From Candidatus Velthaea sp. (GTDB taxonomy: Bacteria > Vulcanimicrobiota > Vulcanimicrobiia > Vulcanimicrobiales > Vulcanimicrobiaceae): DNA of 64,000 bases. The stretch covers positions 512,001 to 576,000 of the forward strand of contig CBDCCS010000022.1 in assembly GCA_965214935.1 (NCBI GenBank), read 5' to 3'. The translations under genes were made by a program, and so were the position numbers. The notes under the pieces were generated by a model. That model saw nothing but the letters and a program-made list of their open reading frames with translations, did no database searches and was not told where the DNA came from. Every line of letters starts with the position of its first letter. Position 1 is the stretch's first letter. Shown piece by piece: positions 25,899 through 36,205 of this stretch.

Positions 25899-26993
25899 AT
25901 GGCAAAGATCAAACTCGAGGCGCTTACTAAAAAATACGGGGTCGTCACCGCCGTTAATAGCGTCAACCTCGACATCGACGACGATGAATTCCTCGTACTC
26001 GTCGGCCCGTCCGGTTGCGGAAAGACCACGACCCTGCGTATGGTCGCGGGACTCGAAGATATTAGCGGCGGCAGCGTCTTTATCGGCGACCGGCGCGTGA
26101 ACGACGTCGAACCCAAAGACCGCGACATTGCGATGGTCTTTCAAAGCTATGCGCTCTATCCGCACATGTCGGTATTCGACAACATGGCGTTCGGCTTAAA
26201 AATGCGAAAAGTCGCACCGACGGAGATCGACCGGCGCATCCAAGAAGCGTCGGCGATGTTAGGGATCGGCCATCTGCTCAAACGCAAACCGCGCGAACTT
26301 TCGGGCGGTCAGCGTCAACGCGTCGCACTCGGCCGGGCGATCGTGCGCGAGCCGGCGGTGTTCTTGATGGATGAACCGCTCTCGAACCTCGACGCGCAGG
26401 TACGCGCCAACACGCGTACGGAGTTGCTACGCATCCATCAACGGGTCAAGAACACGGTGATGTACGTGACGCACGATCAAGTCGAAGCGATGACGATGGG
26501 CGATCGGATCGTCGTGATGAAGGACGGCTTCGTGCAGCAAGTCGCGGCACCGAAAGAAATTTACGATCATCCGGCCAATAAATTCGTCGCCAGCTTCATC
26601 GGTTCACCGCCGATGAATTTCTTAGACGCAGAGATCCAAACCAGCGGTGATACCGCGATCTTACGCGGTCCGTCGTTTGCGTTTTCGGTGAACGGTCAAT
26701 CGGCTGCGCGCTTAGCGCAAACCAGTTCGCGCGGCGTTACCGTCGGTGTCCGGCCCGAAGATGTGATCGTCGGCAACGGCGCCGCGGCGAACGGTTCGGC
26801 GATGCGCGCGCGCGTCGACGTCGTCGAAACGCTCGGTGCCGAGCAGCATCTATCGCTCTCGTCGGACGGCGCCTCGTTCCTCGCGCGCGTCGGCGCCGAC
26901 CACATGGCGCGCATCGGCGATCAAGTCAGTGCCACGATCGATCCGGCGAAATTACACGTCTTCGATCGCGAAAGCGGCATCGCTTACCTGTGA
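25899..26993 (+). CDS. MalK/MsiK-type sugar ABC ATPase
   Basis: GPSGCGKT, LSGGQRQR, LMDEPLSNLDA and YVTHDQ motifs; TOBE C-terminus. Confidence 0.95.
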   Translation: MAKIKLEALTKKYGVVTAVNSVNLDIDDDEFLVLVGPSGCGKTTTLRMVAGLEDISGGSVFIGDRRVNDVEPKDRDIAMVFQSYALYPHMSVFDNMAFGLKMRKVAPTEIDRRIQEASAMLGIGHLLKRKPRELSGGQRQRVALGRAIVREPAVFLMDEPLSNLDAQVRANTRTELLRIHQRVKNTVMYVTHDQVEAMTMGDRIVVMKDGFVQQVAAPKEIYDHPANKFVASFIGSPPMNFLDAEIQTSGDTAILRGPSFAFSVNGQSAARLAQTSSRGVTVGVRPEDVIVGNGAAANGSAMRARVDVVETLGAEQHLSLSSDGASFLARVGADHMARIGDQVSATIDPAKLHVFDRESGIAYL

Positions 26994-27994
26994 AGAAGCT
27001 CATCAACGACCCCTTCGCCGTGGTCGACGAGATGATCGACGGCTACATTGCCGCGCATCCCGATCTCGTGAAGCGTGGTGAAGGCGGCAACGGACGCGCC
27101 GTCGTCCGGGCGAACGCGCCCATCGCCGGTAAAGTCGGGGTGATCATCGGCGGCGGCTCCGGCCACGAACCGGCATTTATGGGTTACGTCGGCGAAGGTT
27201 CGGCCGACGGTTGCCCGGTCGGCAATGTGTTCGCTTCACCGCCGCCCGATCCGATTCTCGCGACGACCCGGGCCGTCAACGGCGGCGCGGGCATCGTCTA
27301 TTCGTACGGCAACTATTCCGGCGACGTCATGAATTTCGACATGGCGGCCGAATTCGCCGCGATGGAAGGAATCAACGTCAAAACGGTGCTCGTTACCGAC
27401 GACGTTGCCTCTGCTGCCAAAGGCAGCGAAGATGAACGGCGCGGAATTGCCGGCGGGTTTTTCGTTTTCAAAGTCATCGCCGCGCGCGCCGCGGAGATGG
27501 CGACGCTCGACGAAGTTGAAGCAACGGCGCGGAAAGCGAACGCGCGCACGCGCACGATGGGCGTCGCGCTAGCTGCATGTACGGTTCCCGCCGCCGGCCG
27601 TCCGACGTTCTCGTTAGGCGATGACGAGATGGAAATTGGTCTGGGGATTCACGGCGAACCGGGCATGCGCCGCGGTCCGATCGAAAGCGCCGATACCGTT
27701 ACCGATTCGCTGCTCGATGCGATCCTTGCCGACATGCCGATCGCCGGCGGAGAGCGTGTTGCCGTACTGGTGAACGGCCTGGGTGCCACGCCCGCGATGG
27801 AACTGTACATCATGTTTCGTCACCTTGCCGCGCGCTTGAAAGAGCACGGCATCGCCATTCACCGGTCGTACGTTGGTGAATACGTCACGTCGCTCGAGAT
27901 GGCCGGCGCATCGATCACGCTCATGCACCTCGACGACGAGCTGGCGCGCCTTGTCGATGCACCGGCGCGAACGCCGATGTTCGTTCAAAACTGA
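26990..27994 (+). CDS. dhaK: DhaK-type (DAK1) kinase substrate-binding subunit
   Basis: MKKLINDP, GGGSGHEP, NYSGDVMNF and GLGIHGEPG motifs. Confidence 0.92.
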   Translation: MKKLINDPFAVVDEMIDGYIAAHPDLVKRGEGGNGRAVVRANAPIAGKVGVIIGGGSGHEPAFMGYVGEGSADGCPVGNVFASPPPDPILATTRAVNGGAGIVYSYGNYSGDVMNFDMAAEFAAMEGINVKTVLVTDDVASAAKGSEDERRGIAGGFFVFKVIAARAAEMATLDEVEATARKANARTRTMGVALAACTVPAAGRPTFSLGDDEMEIGLGIHGEPGMRRGPIESADTVTDSLLDAILADMPIAGGERVAVLVNGLGATPAMELYIMFRHLAARLKEHGIAIHRSYVGEYVTSLEMAGASITLMHLDDELARLVDAPARTPMFVQN

Positions 27995-28004
27995 TCGCGG
28001 GCAA

Positions 28005-28553
28005 ATGACGGTCGCGGAACTTGCCGCGACCGCCGCCGACGAGATTCGCAATGCCGTTGCCGGTGTCGACGAACGTAGCGTGCAGGCGTTGCGCGAACGG
28101 CTCAGCACGGCAAACGCCATTGCAACGTACGGCGTCGGCCGCGAAGGTCTCGTGCTGCGCGGCTTCGCGATGCGCTTGTATCATCTCGGTTTGCCGGCGT
28201 TTGTGACCGGCGACATGACGGCCCGGCCGCTGGGCGCGGGCGGACTGCTTGTTTGCAGCGCGGGTCCGGGGTCTTTCTCAACCGTCGCGGCGTTGAGCGG
28301 TGTCGCGCGCAACGCCGGCGCTGCCGTCGTTTTGTTTACCGCGCAGCCGCAGACGGATTTAGCCGCAACGGCCGATCTCGTCGTCCACCTTTCCGCTCAA
28401 ACAATGGCCGGCGGACCTGCCTCGCAGCAGCTCATGGGTTCGTTGTACGAACAGGCGTTGTGGGTGCTCGGTGATGCGCTGATCGATCAGCTCGTTGCCG
28501 ACGGACAGCTCGACCGCATGGCGATCGTGCAGCGTCATACGAACCTCGAATAA
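28005..28553 (+). CDS. SIS-domain sugar-phosphate isomerase (HxlB/PHI-like)
   Basis: GVGREGL..RGFAMRL.HLG, MGSLYEQ and C-terminal RHTNLE. Confidence 0.85.
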   Translation: MTVAELAATAADEIRNAVAGVDERSVQALRERLSTANAIATYGVGREGLVLRGFAMRLYHLGLPAFVTGDMTARPLGAGGLLVCSAGPGSFSTVAALSGVARNAGAAVVLFTAQPQTDLAATADLVVHLSAQTMAGGPASQQLMGSLYEQALWVLGDALIDQLVADGQLDRMAIVQRHTNLE

Positions 28554-28565
28554 GCTCGGTACGCT

Positions 28566-29495
28566 TTGCGCCGAATTCGGCTCGCTGACGTCGGGGCCGT
28601 CCGCATATCCGTTGAACCACCGTTTCGCCTCGATCTCACCGCAGCGCTGTTACGACGCTTTCCGGCACGCTCGTTCGACGCGGAGTGGCATGAAGATGGC
28701 TTTGTGGTGGCCGTGCCGATGGCGGCCGGACCCGTCATCGCGCATGTATCTCAGCTTGATGGAACGACACTCGAAGTGCGACCGGGCGAAGCACCGGCGA
28801 ACGCCGGCGAACTCGTTGTGCAGATCGAAAAAATGCTCGGTCTCAACAACGACTTGGCGGAAGTTCACATGCTTGCCGAGTCGATCGGGTGGCTTCGTCC
28901 GCTCGCGCGACGCTGGCTCGGCGTTCGGCCCGCTCGAACGGCTTCACTTTGGGAAGCCGGCGCTACGGCGATCATTTATCAAAGCGTCAGCATGCTTGCA
29001 GCGGGCGCTGTCATAGAGCGGTTCATCGAACGATTCGGAGCGCGCCTTGCGGATCGACCGTTCGCACTGACGTTATTCCCGACGCCCCAGCTGGTGAGCC
29101 GATCAACCCTGCCCGATCTCCTGACCGTCGGACTAAGCCGGGCCAAAGTACACGCGCTTCACGCGCTCGCCGCAGCGCTCGTCGCCGGAGAGTGGGACGC
29201 GTACGAAATCGAACTCCTGTCAACGGCTGCAGCCTGCGAGCGCTTTATGCGCGTCCGCGGGATCGGACCGTGGACGGCAGCTGTCGTCGCGTTGCGCGGA
29301 CTAGGCCGCCTCGACGTCTTTCCGATGCGCGACTCCGGCGTCGTGCGAACGATCGGTTTGTTAGCGGTGAACGCGCCGAACGCCGCGGCCGATGCCCTTG
29401 CAAGGCTGGGCGAAAAGCGCGGAATGCTCTATCACTATCTGCTTCTCGCGCGCCTCGAAGCACGCGGCAAACTTGCACCGCAGGCGGCGCGGTAG
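28566..29495 (+). CDS. alkA: DNA-3-methyladenine glycosylase II (HhH-GPD family)
   Basis: LWEA...II.QSVS, FPTP, GLSRAK and RGIGPWTA...LRGLGRLDVFP.D motifs. Confidence 0.82.
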   Translation: MRRIRLADVGAVRISVEPPFRLDLTAALLRRFPARSFDAEWHEDGFVVAVPMAAGPVIAHVSQLDGTTLEVRPGEAPANAGELVVQIEKMLGLNNDLAEVHMLAESIGWLRPLARRWLGVRPARTASLWEAGATAIIYQSVSMLAAGAVIERFIERFGARLADRPFALTLFPTPQLVSRSTLPDLLTVGLSRAKVHALHALAAALVAGEWDAYEIELLSTAAACERFMRVRGIGPWTAAVVALRGLGRLDVFPMRDSGVVRTIGLLAVNAPNAAADALARLGEKRGMLYHYLLLARLEARGKLAPQAAR

Positions 29496-29516
29496 CGGCG
29501 TTTGCGACTCGGTGGA

Positions 29517-30263
29517 TCACGCGTGACGTTCGGCAGACTCGGGGTGAATGAGCATCGGCATCGGCATCGGCATGATACCGTTCGTGATTACCGTCGGAGC
29601 GCTCAACACCGTTACAGCGGTGCGCAGCAGAATCATCCCGGCGTCGTTGCCGATCGCCGTAACGCTCGCGCCCGCCGGCGGGCCGACACCGAACGTGACT
29701 TGGCCTTGAACGGCCGGTAACGGCACGGAGGTGCTCGGCGGCGGAACGAGAGCACTGCTTTCCGGCGGAGCCGGCGGCCGCGGCATCGGACCCGGCGATT
29801 GTGCCGCTGCGAGCTGCGCAAAGTGCTGCAGTAGGGCGATCTGCTGCGCAACCTGTGCGCCGATAATCGTCTGTTTCTCCGCCGGTGATAACGCCGCGTT
29901 CAAACGGGCTGCGGCCGTCGGCGGATCGGGATCGTCGGCGACCGCCATCTCGCCGATAATGCGGCTTAGCAAGGCCCGATGATCGGGTGTTAATGCTGCA
30001 AGGACGGTTCGGCGAAAGTCCCGTTGCTGATCCACCATCTGCTGAAAATCCACCAGGTGCCGGCGCACGTCGGCCGGTACTTGCATCTGCAAACTCGGCA
30101 GGCCGATCGGAGCGCCGAACGTCGACGACGGCTGCGGCGACGCGCTCGGCGTAGCGGTCGTCGTCGGTTGCGGTGCAAGTGCGAGCAGCAAAACGGGCAC
30201 CGCAAGCGTTCGAAGCATCGTCCACGCTACGACGAACCGCGCCGGGCGTCCCGTGCCTTGCAC
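29517..30263 (-). CDS. Hypothetical secreted Pro/Gln-rich helical protein (start probably at MLRTLAV)
   Basis: Signal-like MLRTLAVPVLLLALA; repeated LTP/LSP-capped helices reminiscent of Spy/CpxP. Confidence 0.5.
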   Translation of the reverse strand: MQGTGRPARFVVAWTMLRTLAVPVLLLALAPQPTTTATPSASPQPSSTFGAPIGLPSLQMQVPADVRRHLVDFQQMVDQQRDFRRTVLAALTPDHRALLSRIIGEMAVADDPDPPTAAARLNAALSPAEKQTIIGAQVAQQIALLQHFAQLAAAQSPGPMPRPPAPPESSALVPPPSTSVPLPAVQGQVTFGVGPPAGASVTAIGNDAGMILLRTAVTVLSAPTVITNGIMPMPMPMLIHPESAERHA

Positions 30264-30285
30264 CGTGCGATTCGGGAGAACAAGA

Positions 30286-30311
30286 AACCCGGCGCGTCAC
30301 AGCGCCGGGTT
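30286..30311 (-). terminator. Rho-independent terminator after the S53 pair
   Basis: AACCCGGCGC-gtcaca-GCGCCGGGTT 10-bp stem, followed by a T-rich tract on the minus strand. Confidence 0.75.
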
Positions 30312-30335
30312 CTCGAGCCCTATAAGGTCGCGTGG

Positions 30336-32039
30336 CTACGGAGTCGGCGCGGCGACCGGTCCGTAATTGAACGATTTCGCCAGCGCATAACCGCCGGCAA
30401 TCGAGCCCAGACCACTGCTGATGTCATAACCGGCTTTCGCGCAGACCGGCACACCGCCGACGGCACCGATGCAGCCCAGCGTGATATCGCTGAAGAGCCC
30501 GCCGGATTTACCGAACGCGGCATACAGTGCGGGCGCAACGTTACCCAGCGGGGTCGCGTATCCGTACATTTCTTGCACGGTGGCAAGGTAACCGGCGTAC
30601 GGCGCGTTGTTGACAAACGGGAAGCCGCCGACCCAGGCGCCCGAGACGTACGCCGACGGGCCGGTACCATCGACACTGCCCGGCAGAACGACATCGGGCA
30701 CATTGCGCCCGCCGGGCGTTATGCCGGCCGTCGTCGCTTGCCATGACGGCAGCGGAACAACGATTGAGACACCGCCGTTACTGCTGCTCAACGGGCTTTG
30801 CGCGATGAGCTTACCGGTTTGATCGATAAACGCCGAACTGCCGCCGACCGCCGTCACCGTATCGAGGTTTGCCGGTGCCATCGGCAGGACGAGCGGCGGC
30901 GCGCCACACAAGTTCGCGCCGCCGAAGGCGACCGATTCAACGCTTATTCCTAATGCGGCTATTTGAGCGATGATCGGTTCGATCGCGAGTTCGAGGTCGC
31001 CGCCGGAAACTTCGCAAGCGCCGACCGCAAAATTCACGACGTTCACCGAATCATCCGAGGCGACGGCATTGAACGCATCGACGATGCCGTTGTTCGATAG
31101 AAACGGCATCTGATAGGTGAACAGAGACGCACCCGGAGCCATCGACAAGATCCACTCGGCATCGAGCGTCGCTTGAAAATTATCGAAACAGAAAGCACCG
31201 CAGCCGCCGTCGACATGAACCGTCGTCGTTCGCGGGCCGCTGCGCTGCGCGCCGAACGTGGCAAGAAACGTCGCGACATCTTTGTCTCCGACGGAGCCGT
31301 CGATCAAATCTGCGACGTTCGCATTCTTACCCGTGTAGCCGTGTTCGACCGGAAAGTCTTCGGTTTTGGCAATTGCTAGCGGGCCGAAGCCGCCGTCGGG
31401 GCCGAACAGCGGGCCGCCTGCGACTGCCGGCCGGACGCCCATCGTATGCGGCGCCGCAGCGGTATGCGCGTTCACGATACTCGACAAGCCGACGACGTGC
31501 GCTCCGCTCAAGCCGGCCGGAACGATTGCCGGTGTAACGTTGGCATATGCGAGTTGTCCGCTCGGCGCACGCACCGCATCGATTGCCGTGTGAAAATAAC
31601 GGTTTGCGGCACTCGCCGTGCCGTATGCATGCAGCACCGTTCGGTTGGCAAACGTTTCGACGACGAAGCCCGCATGCTCGAGATTCGCGGCAGCAGTTGC
31701 ATACGCCGCCGCCGTCGGCGCAAAGTAATTGATAAACTCGGCAGCTTTGAGGTAATGGCGATAATACTTCGATGCCGGATTGCGCTGCGCCGCGAGCAGA
31801 TACGGCAGATCGCCCGGGTGCCGGTACGGTAGGACGATCGAAAAATCGACGCGCTTAGCAGCCGCGGGTCCAAGGTCGCGCGCCCCACGCAGCGTTGCAG
31901 CGGCGATCGTCGCGGATGTTGCGGGCTTGAGCATCGCTGCATCGGACGCCGTTGACACGCCGGTAAAGAGTGCGGCCGCCGCGAGCGGCGCGACGAAGAT
32001 TGATGTCATGCTTTCCTCTTTCATAGCCTTATTTCGCAT
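30336..32039 (-). CDS. Sedolisin (S53)-like protein, catalytic residues apparently lost
   Basis: Pro-kumamolisin-like prodomain; VTAVGGSS, GRNVPDV and GYD.SSGLGS retained, but QATLD, AFGG and GGFP occupy the catalytic motif positions. Confidence 0.8.
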   Translation of the reverse strand: MRNKAMKEESMTSIFVAPLAAAALFTGVSTASDAAMLKPATSATIAAATLRGARDLGPAAAKRVDFSIVLPYRHPGDLPYLLAAQRNPASKYYRHYLKAAEFINYFAPTAAAYATAAANLEHAGFVVETFANRTVLHAYGTASAANRYFHTAIDAVRAPSGQLAYANVTPAIVPAGLSGAHVVGLSSIVNAHTAAAPHTMGVRPAVAGGPLFGPDGGFGPLAIAKTEDFPVEHGYTGKNANVADLIDGSVGDKDVATFLATFGAQRSGPRTTTVHVDGGCGAFCFDNFQATLDAEWILSMAPGASLFTYQMPFLSNNGIVDAFNAVASDDSVNVVNFAVGACEVSGGDLELAIEPIIAQIAALGISVESVAFGGANLCGAPPLVLPMAPANLDTVTAVGGSSAFIDQTGKLIAQSPLSSSNGGVSIVVPLPSWQATTAGITPGGRNVPDVVLPGSVDGTGPSAYVSGAWVGGFPFVNNAPYAGYLATVQEMYGYATPLGNVAPALYAAFGKSGGLFSDITLGCIGAVGGVPVCAKAGYDISSGLGSIAGGYALAKSFNYGPVAAPTP

Positions 32040-33726
32040 GCGCCGTGCCGATCAACGAACCAAGACCCGTAACCTCGTCATAGCCGGTGAGCGCATTGTA
32101 TCCCGGTCCGAAAAATGAGTTGTTGCCCAACGTGACGTCACGAAAGCGCACGCCGTAACCCGTCTTCTTAAAGTATGCATACAGCGTGCCGTCGATGGCA
32201 CCCGAACGCTTTCCGGTGGTTTCGTTGTACTGCGTCATGAGCGCTGAAAATAACGGGCTCGACAACGACGTTCCACCTTCCGGGCCGACGAAGGCACCAC
32301 TATAATAGAGCGACGTGCCGGTCCCCGGATTGGCATCGAAAGCGACATCCGGCACGTTTCGTCCCGACGTGTCGACGTTCGCGAGTCCCCGCTGATACGA
32401 GGGTAAGCCGAACACCGTCGAGACACCGCCGCCGCTACCGTTCCACGCAAGTTCGCGTAAGTAGGTTGCCGTCGGGCTGATGAGCAGCGACGTTCCGCCG
32501 ACGGCCGTAAAGTGCGGATCGCTCGCCGGCGCCGAGACACCCAGCCCCGAAGCCGTTGAAAAGAGGCACGTCTGCGCGCCGAAATCACCGGACGACGCCG
32601 CAAACGTAATGCCTTCGGCAGCACCCTGAACGGCGATATGATCGCTCAACACGCCGAGATTATCGTCGAGTTCGCAGCCGCCGAAGCTCGAGTTGACAAC
32701 ATCGACCTTATCATCTTCGACGACCTTGGCGTACGTGTCGACGATATTCGGCGTCGACAATGTGGGCATGAGATAGACGTAGACGCCGGCACCGGGTGAG
32801 ACGCCGGCGATCGTTTCAATGTCGAGCACCGTCTCGATGCCGTCGAAATTGACCGTGCTGCCGCCGTCGACCGGAACACGCACGATCGGCGCCGTCCGTT
32901 TTACATTGAAGTACGAAAAATACGTGCTGATATCGCTATCGACAAAGTCGGAATCGATCGCGATACCCGCCGAATGGCCGCTGCCGTCGAAGGTTGCACC
33001 GGGCGCACCCGGTCGCGCATGTTGTACCGGGAAGTCATAGGCGCTTGCAAACGCAAACGGTCCAAGTCCGGTATCGGGACCCTGCAGCGGATAGCCGAGT
33101 GCAATGTCGACGCGATGCGCGGCGGCGCGCACGTTCTGCGTTTTGGCAACGACGAGATTGTTGAGTCCGGCAACGCCGAAGGCGATGCCGCGCAACGCTG
33201 CCGGCAGATACGCGGGCGTCGCATTGGCGTACCGCAAACCACCGGCGGCAGATTGCTTGACGGCGTGGATCTCGGTATGGAAAAAGCTCTCGACCACGGC
33301 CGCCGGAGCGCTTGCATTGATGATCGTTCGCGTCGGTGAAAAGCGCGTGACGCTAAAACCCGCTTGCACCAAAATCGACCCAACGCGATTGTATTGCGCG
33401 ACCGTTGGTGCGAAGACGGCTGCGAATTGAGCGGGCGTCAAGAAATGCCCGAATTCCGGCGAGCTCGGATTGGCCGTAGCGGCAACGAGCGAGTCGAGTT
33501 CGCCCGGATTGCGGTAGTTCAACGCGAGCGCGACGTTGATCCGAGTCTGTGCGGGGGCGCGGCCCGCATCGGTCACGGCTAGCCGCGGAACCGGAGCGGC
33601 TAACGGCGCACCCGACAGACCGACCGGCGTCCGTGCGTTCGCCGCACTCAGCGTCAGTGCCGAGGCCGCGAATGCAAAGCTAGCGGCAATACAAAACTTA
33701 CGGTATTCCTTCGAATAGCGATACAT
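32029..33726 (-). CDS. Sedolisin/kumamolisin (S53) serine-carboxyl protease
   Basis: Signal peptide and prodomain; ETVLD, ASSGD, GGTSLSSP and GYDEVTGLGS motifs. Confidence 0.92.
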   Translation of the reverse strand: MYRYSKEYRKFCIAASFAFAASALTLSAANARTPVGLSGAPLAAPVPRLAVTDAGRAPAQTRINVALALNYRNPGELDSLVAATANPSSPEFGHFLTPAQFAAVFAPTVAQYNRVGSILVQAGFSVTRFSPTRTIINASAPAAVVESFFHTEIHAVKQSAAGGLRYANATPAYLPAALRGIAFGVAGLNNLVVAKTQNVRAAAHRVDIALGYPLQGPDTGLGPFAFASAYDFPVQHARPGAPGATFDGSGHSAGIAIDSDFVDSDISTYFSYFNVKRTAPIVRVPVDGGSTVNFDGIETVLDIETIAGVSPGAGVYVYLMPTLSTPNIVDTYAKVVEDDKVDVVNSSFGGCELDDNLGVLSDHIAVQGAAEGITFAASSGDFGAQTCLFSTASGLGVSAPASDPHFTAVGGTSLLISPTATYLRELAWNGSGGGVSTVFGLPSYQRGLANVDTSGRNVPDVAFDANPGTGTSLYYSGAFVGPEGGTSLSSPLFSALMTQYNETTGKRSGAIDGTLYAYFKKTGYGVRFRDVTLGNNSFFGPGYNALTGYDEVTGLGSLIGTAHAK

Positions 33727-34184
33727 AAGATCCTTAAATGAGAAAAAAGATCGCGTCGGTAAACCAAGGACCGTTAAGCTTTGGTGAACCTAGCAGGAAC
33801 GCGCTTGCACCATTTCAAGCCGCTTATCCTTTAAGCAATTGCTCGATAACTTCGCCCGCTGCGATCGCGGCAAATCGCCTATGAATGCAAGCAAATCGGG
33901 CGTTCGAAGCCGATCTACCGTCGTTCGGCAGAACAACCGTTTAGGCGAAGAAGAAAAAGTTCTACTCTGTTGTCGAGTAGAGCAACCGTAGTAAACATGG
34001 AAGCTCGTACCGGTAATTGTGCTAGTACAGAGACGATCGTCAAAGCACTATCGGCCTTGTCTTCCTTCGCTTAGCAGACTAACCGCGAACGCACGTAATA
34101 CCGCATTGTTACCGTGCGGAATACAACTGCGGTCGAGAACGCGCCCGGGCGTCGAATACTTGCCTGCCAGAAATCGGACCAGCA

Positions 34185-35201
34185 TTAGGAACGTAGCGAG
34201 AAGCGCCGGCGTAAACTTTCGTTGAGCAGCGCGCTGCCGATCAGTAGCACCCCGAGGCTAAAGGGCTGCCAAATGCCGGCATTCGCACCGAGCGCGAGGC
34301 CCAAGCCGTTATACAAGAAGATGACGATGAAACTCGCGAGCAAGATGCCTAGCACGTCACCCTCACCGCCGACAATACTTACGCCGCCCAAGACGGCGAT
34401 CGTTATTGCTGCGAGATTCATCGTCGCGCCGACATCGGGCGTCGCACTCGCACTCAAACCGGTCTGCACGACGGCAGCTAGACCGCAGATGAAACCCGCG
34501 GCAGCGTACGCCCAGAAGCGCACGCCCCAAACGTTGATTGCCGAAAAGCGCGCGGCGAGCGCATTAGTACCGACGCCGTAGAGATAGCGGCCGCCGACCG
34601 TTTTTACCAGGACGAACGCCAGCACGAGCGCGATCGGCAAATAAACGAAACCGATCTGGAACGGTATCCCTTGACCGGCGATTTTCGGTATCCAACTCAA
34701 GCCCGGAACATCTTGAACGTTTCCGTTGCCGATCGTAATGAGCAGCGGCGGAAACGCTGACGGCAAATTAGGCTGCGTGGCGTCGGGCAACGGTTGGGTG
34801 TGCGTTACTTGCAGCGCGATTGCAGCGTATGCATAAAACGTCGCAAGCGTCGCAATGAGCGGCGGAATACGCACGGCGCTCACTAAAAATCCGTTGATCG
34901 CACCGAGCAACAGGCCGGCAACGACGGCACCGGCGATGGCAAGCCCGATCGGGACGCCGAGTTCGATGTTGAGCACACCCAGCGTCATACCGGCAAGACC
35001 CAAAATCGAGCCGACCGACAGATCGATCGCGCCGCCGCCCGATAAGATGACGATGCTTTCGGCCAGCGCCAACAACGCCAGGGTTACGCCGTTCTGGATG
35101 ACCTGATACATGTTGTACGGCTGCCAAAAATTCGGGACCGCAACGGAAAAGAACACGACGGTTGCAACAAGGACGAACGCGAGCAACAGCCGCCGCCTCA
35201 T
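34185..35201 (-). CDS. Monosaccharide ABC permease (RhaQ/LsrD-like)
   Basis: IDLSVGS, IPPLIATLAT and AITIAVLGGVSI.GG.G motifs. Confidence 0.9.
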   Translation of the reverse strand: MRRRLLLAFVLVATVVFFSVAVPNFWQPYNMYQVIQNGVTLALLALAESIVILSGGGAIDLSVGSILGLAGMTLGVLNIELGVPIGLAIAGAVVAGLLLGAINGFLVSAVRIPPLIATLATFYAYAAIALQVTHTQPLPDATQPNLPSAFPPLLITIGNGNVQDVPGLSWIPKIAGQGIPFQIGFVYLPIALVLAFVLVKTVGGRYLYGVGTNALAARFSAINVWGVRFWAYAAAGFICGLAAVVQTGLSASATPDVGATMNLAAITIAVLGGVSIVGGEGDVLGILLASFIVIFLYNGLGLALGANAGIWQPFSLGVLLIGSALLNESLRRRFSLRS

Positions 35202-36205
35202 ACGAGCCGCCGCCGGCGATGTTGCAGAACGTCGGCAGCCACGGCGATCAGAATCAACCCGCCGACGACCAGCCCTTCGAGCAGCCCGACGTTACCGATC
35301 GTGATCAAGGCGTTGTGGACGGCTTCGACGAGCAAGGCGCCGAGTAGACCGCCGACGATCGTGCCGCGGCCGCCGAGGATGCTTGTCCCGCCGATGACCG
35401 TGGCGGCGACGGCTTGCAGCTCCAAACCGCTACCCTCGTTCGGCTGAATCGTGCCGGCCTGACCGAGTTGAATGAGCGCCGCGCATGCGACGAGCACCCC
35501 CATCAGCGCGTAGATCGCGACGGTAACGAGCGGAACGTTGACGCCGGCTAATCGCGCCGCTTCGGAATTGCCGCCGACCGCGTAAATTGCGCGGCCCAGC
35601 GGACGCCAGATGACGAACGCCGTCAGCAGCGCTGCGATGAGCATCGTGAACCACCACGCATTGGGAATGCCCGCGAACGTTCCGAGCGCCAGCGATTCGG
35701 CTAAATGCGGCGGCGTCAACCAATTTTTGCCCAGCGCGCCGATGTGCACCGCGCGGATGATGTTGAGCGTTCCGAGCGTGACGATGATCGGATGGATGCG
35801 GCCGTAGGCAACGAGCGTGCCGTTGAGTAATCCGACGCCCGCTCCGACCGCGAGCGCTGCAACGATCGCGAGCACGAGGCCGCCGCCGCCCGCCATGACG
35901 CGGCCGGCGGCCAGCATGCAAAGTGCCAGCGCCGATCCGACCGACACGTCGATGCCGCCCGTAACGATGACGAGCGTCATGCCGATCGAGACGATGGCAA
36001 CGACGGCGACGTTGGTGAAAATCTGTTCGAGATTCGACGGGCTCAGAAACGTCGGATGCGTGACGTCGAATAACAGGCTGCCGACGATTAGCAATGCGAG
36101 CACGATGGTCTCGCGGCGCAAAAGCAAGTCACGCGTGGGATTGCGCCGCAATTCGATCGGACGCAACGGCGCGGCGGCCGGCCCGATCGACGTTTTAGGA
36201 AACAC
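35198..36205 (-). CDS. Monosaccharide ABC permease (RhaP/LsrC-like)
   Basis: GGIDVSVGS, GRAIYAVGGN.EAARLAG and VIGGTSILGGRG motifs; GTG start overlaps the end of the ATPase gene. Confidence 0.9.
   Translation of the reverse strand: MFPKTSIGPAAAPLRPIELRRNPTRDLLLRRETIVLALLIVGSLLFDVTHPTFLSPSNLEQIFTNVAVVAIVSIGMTLVIVTGGIDVSVGSALALCMLAAGRVMAGGGGLVLAIVAALAVGAGVGLLNGTLVAYGRIHPIIVTLGTLNIIRAVHIGALGKNWLTPPHLAESLALGTFAGIPNAWWFTMLIAALLTAFVIWRPLGRAIYAVGGNSEAARLAGVNVPLVTVAIYALMGVLVACAALIQLGQAGTIQPNEGSGLELQAVAATVIGGTSILGGRGTIVGGLLGALLVEAVHNALITIGNVGLLEGLVVGGLILIAVAADVLQHRRRRLV

Noticed and set aside
29553..29573. Short (CATCGG)n tandem repeat
   Set aside because: Encodes MPMPMPM in frame at a protein C-terminus; too short for an array and no frameshift.
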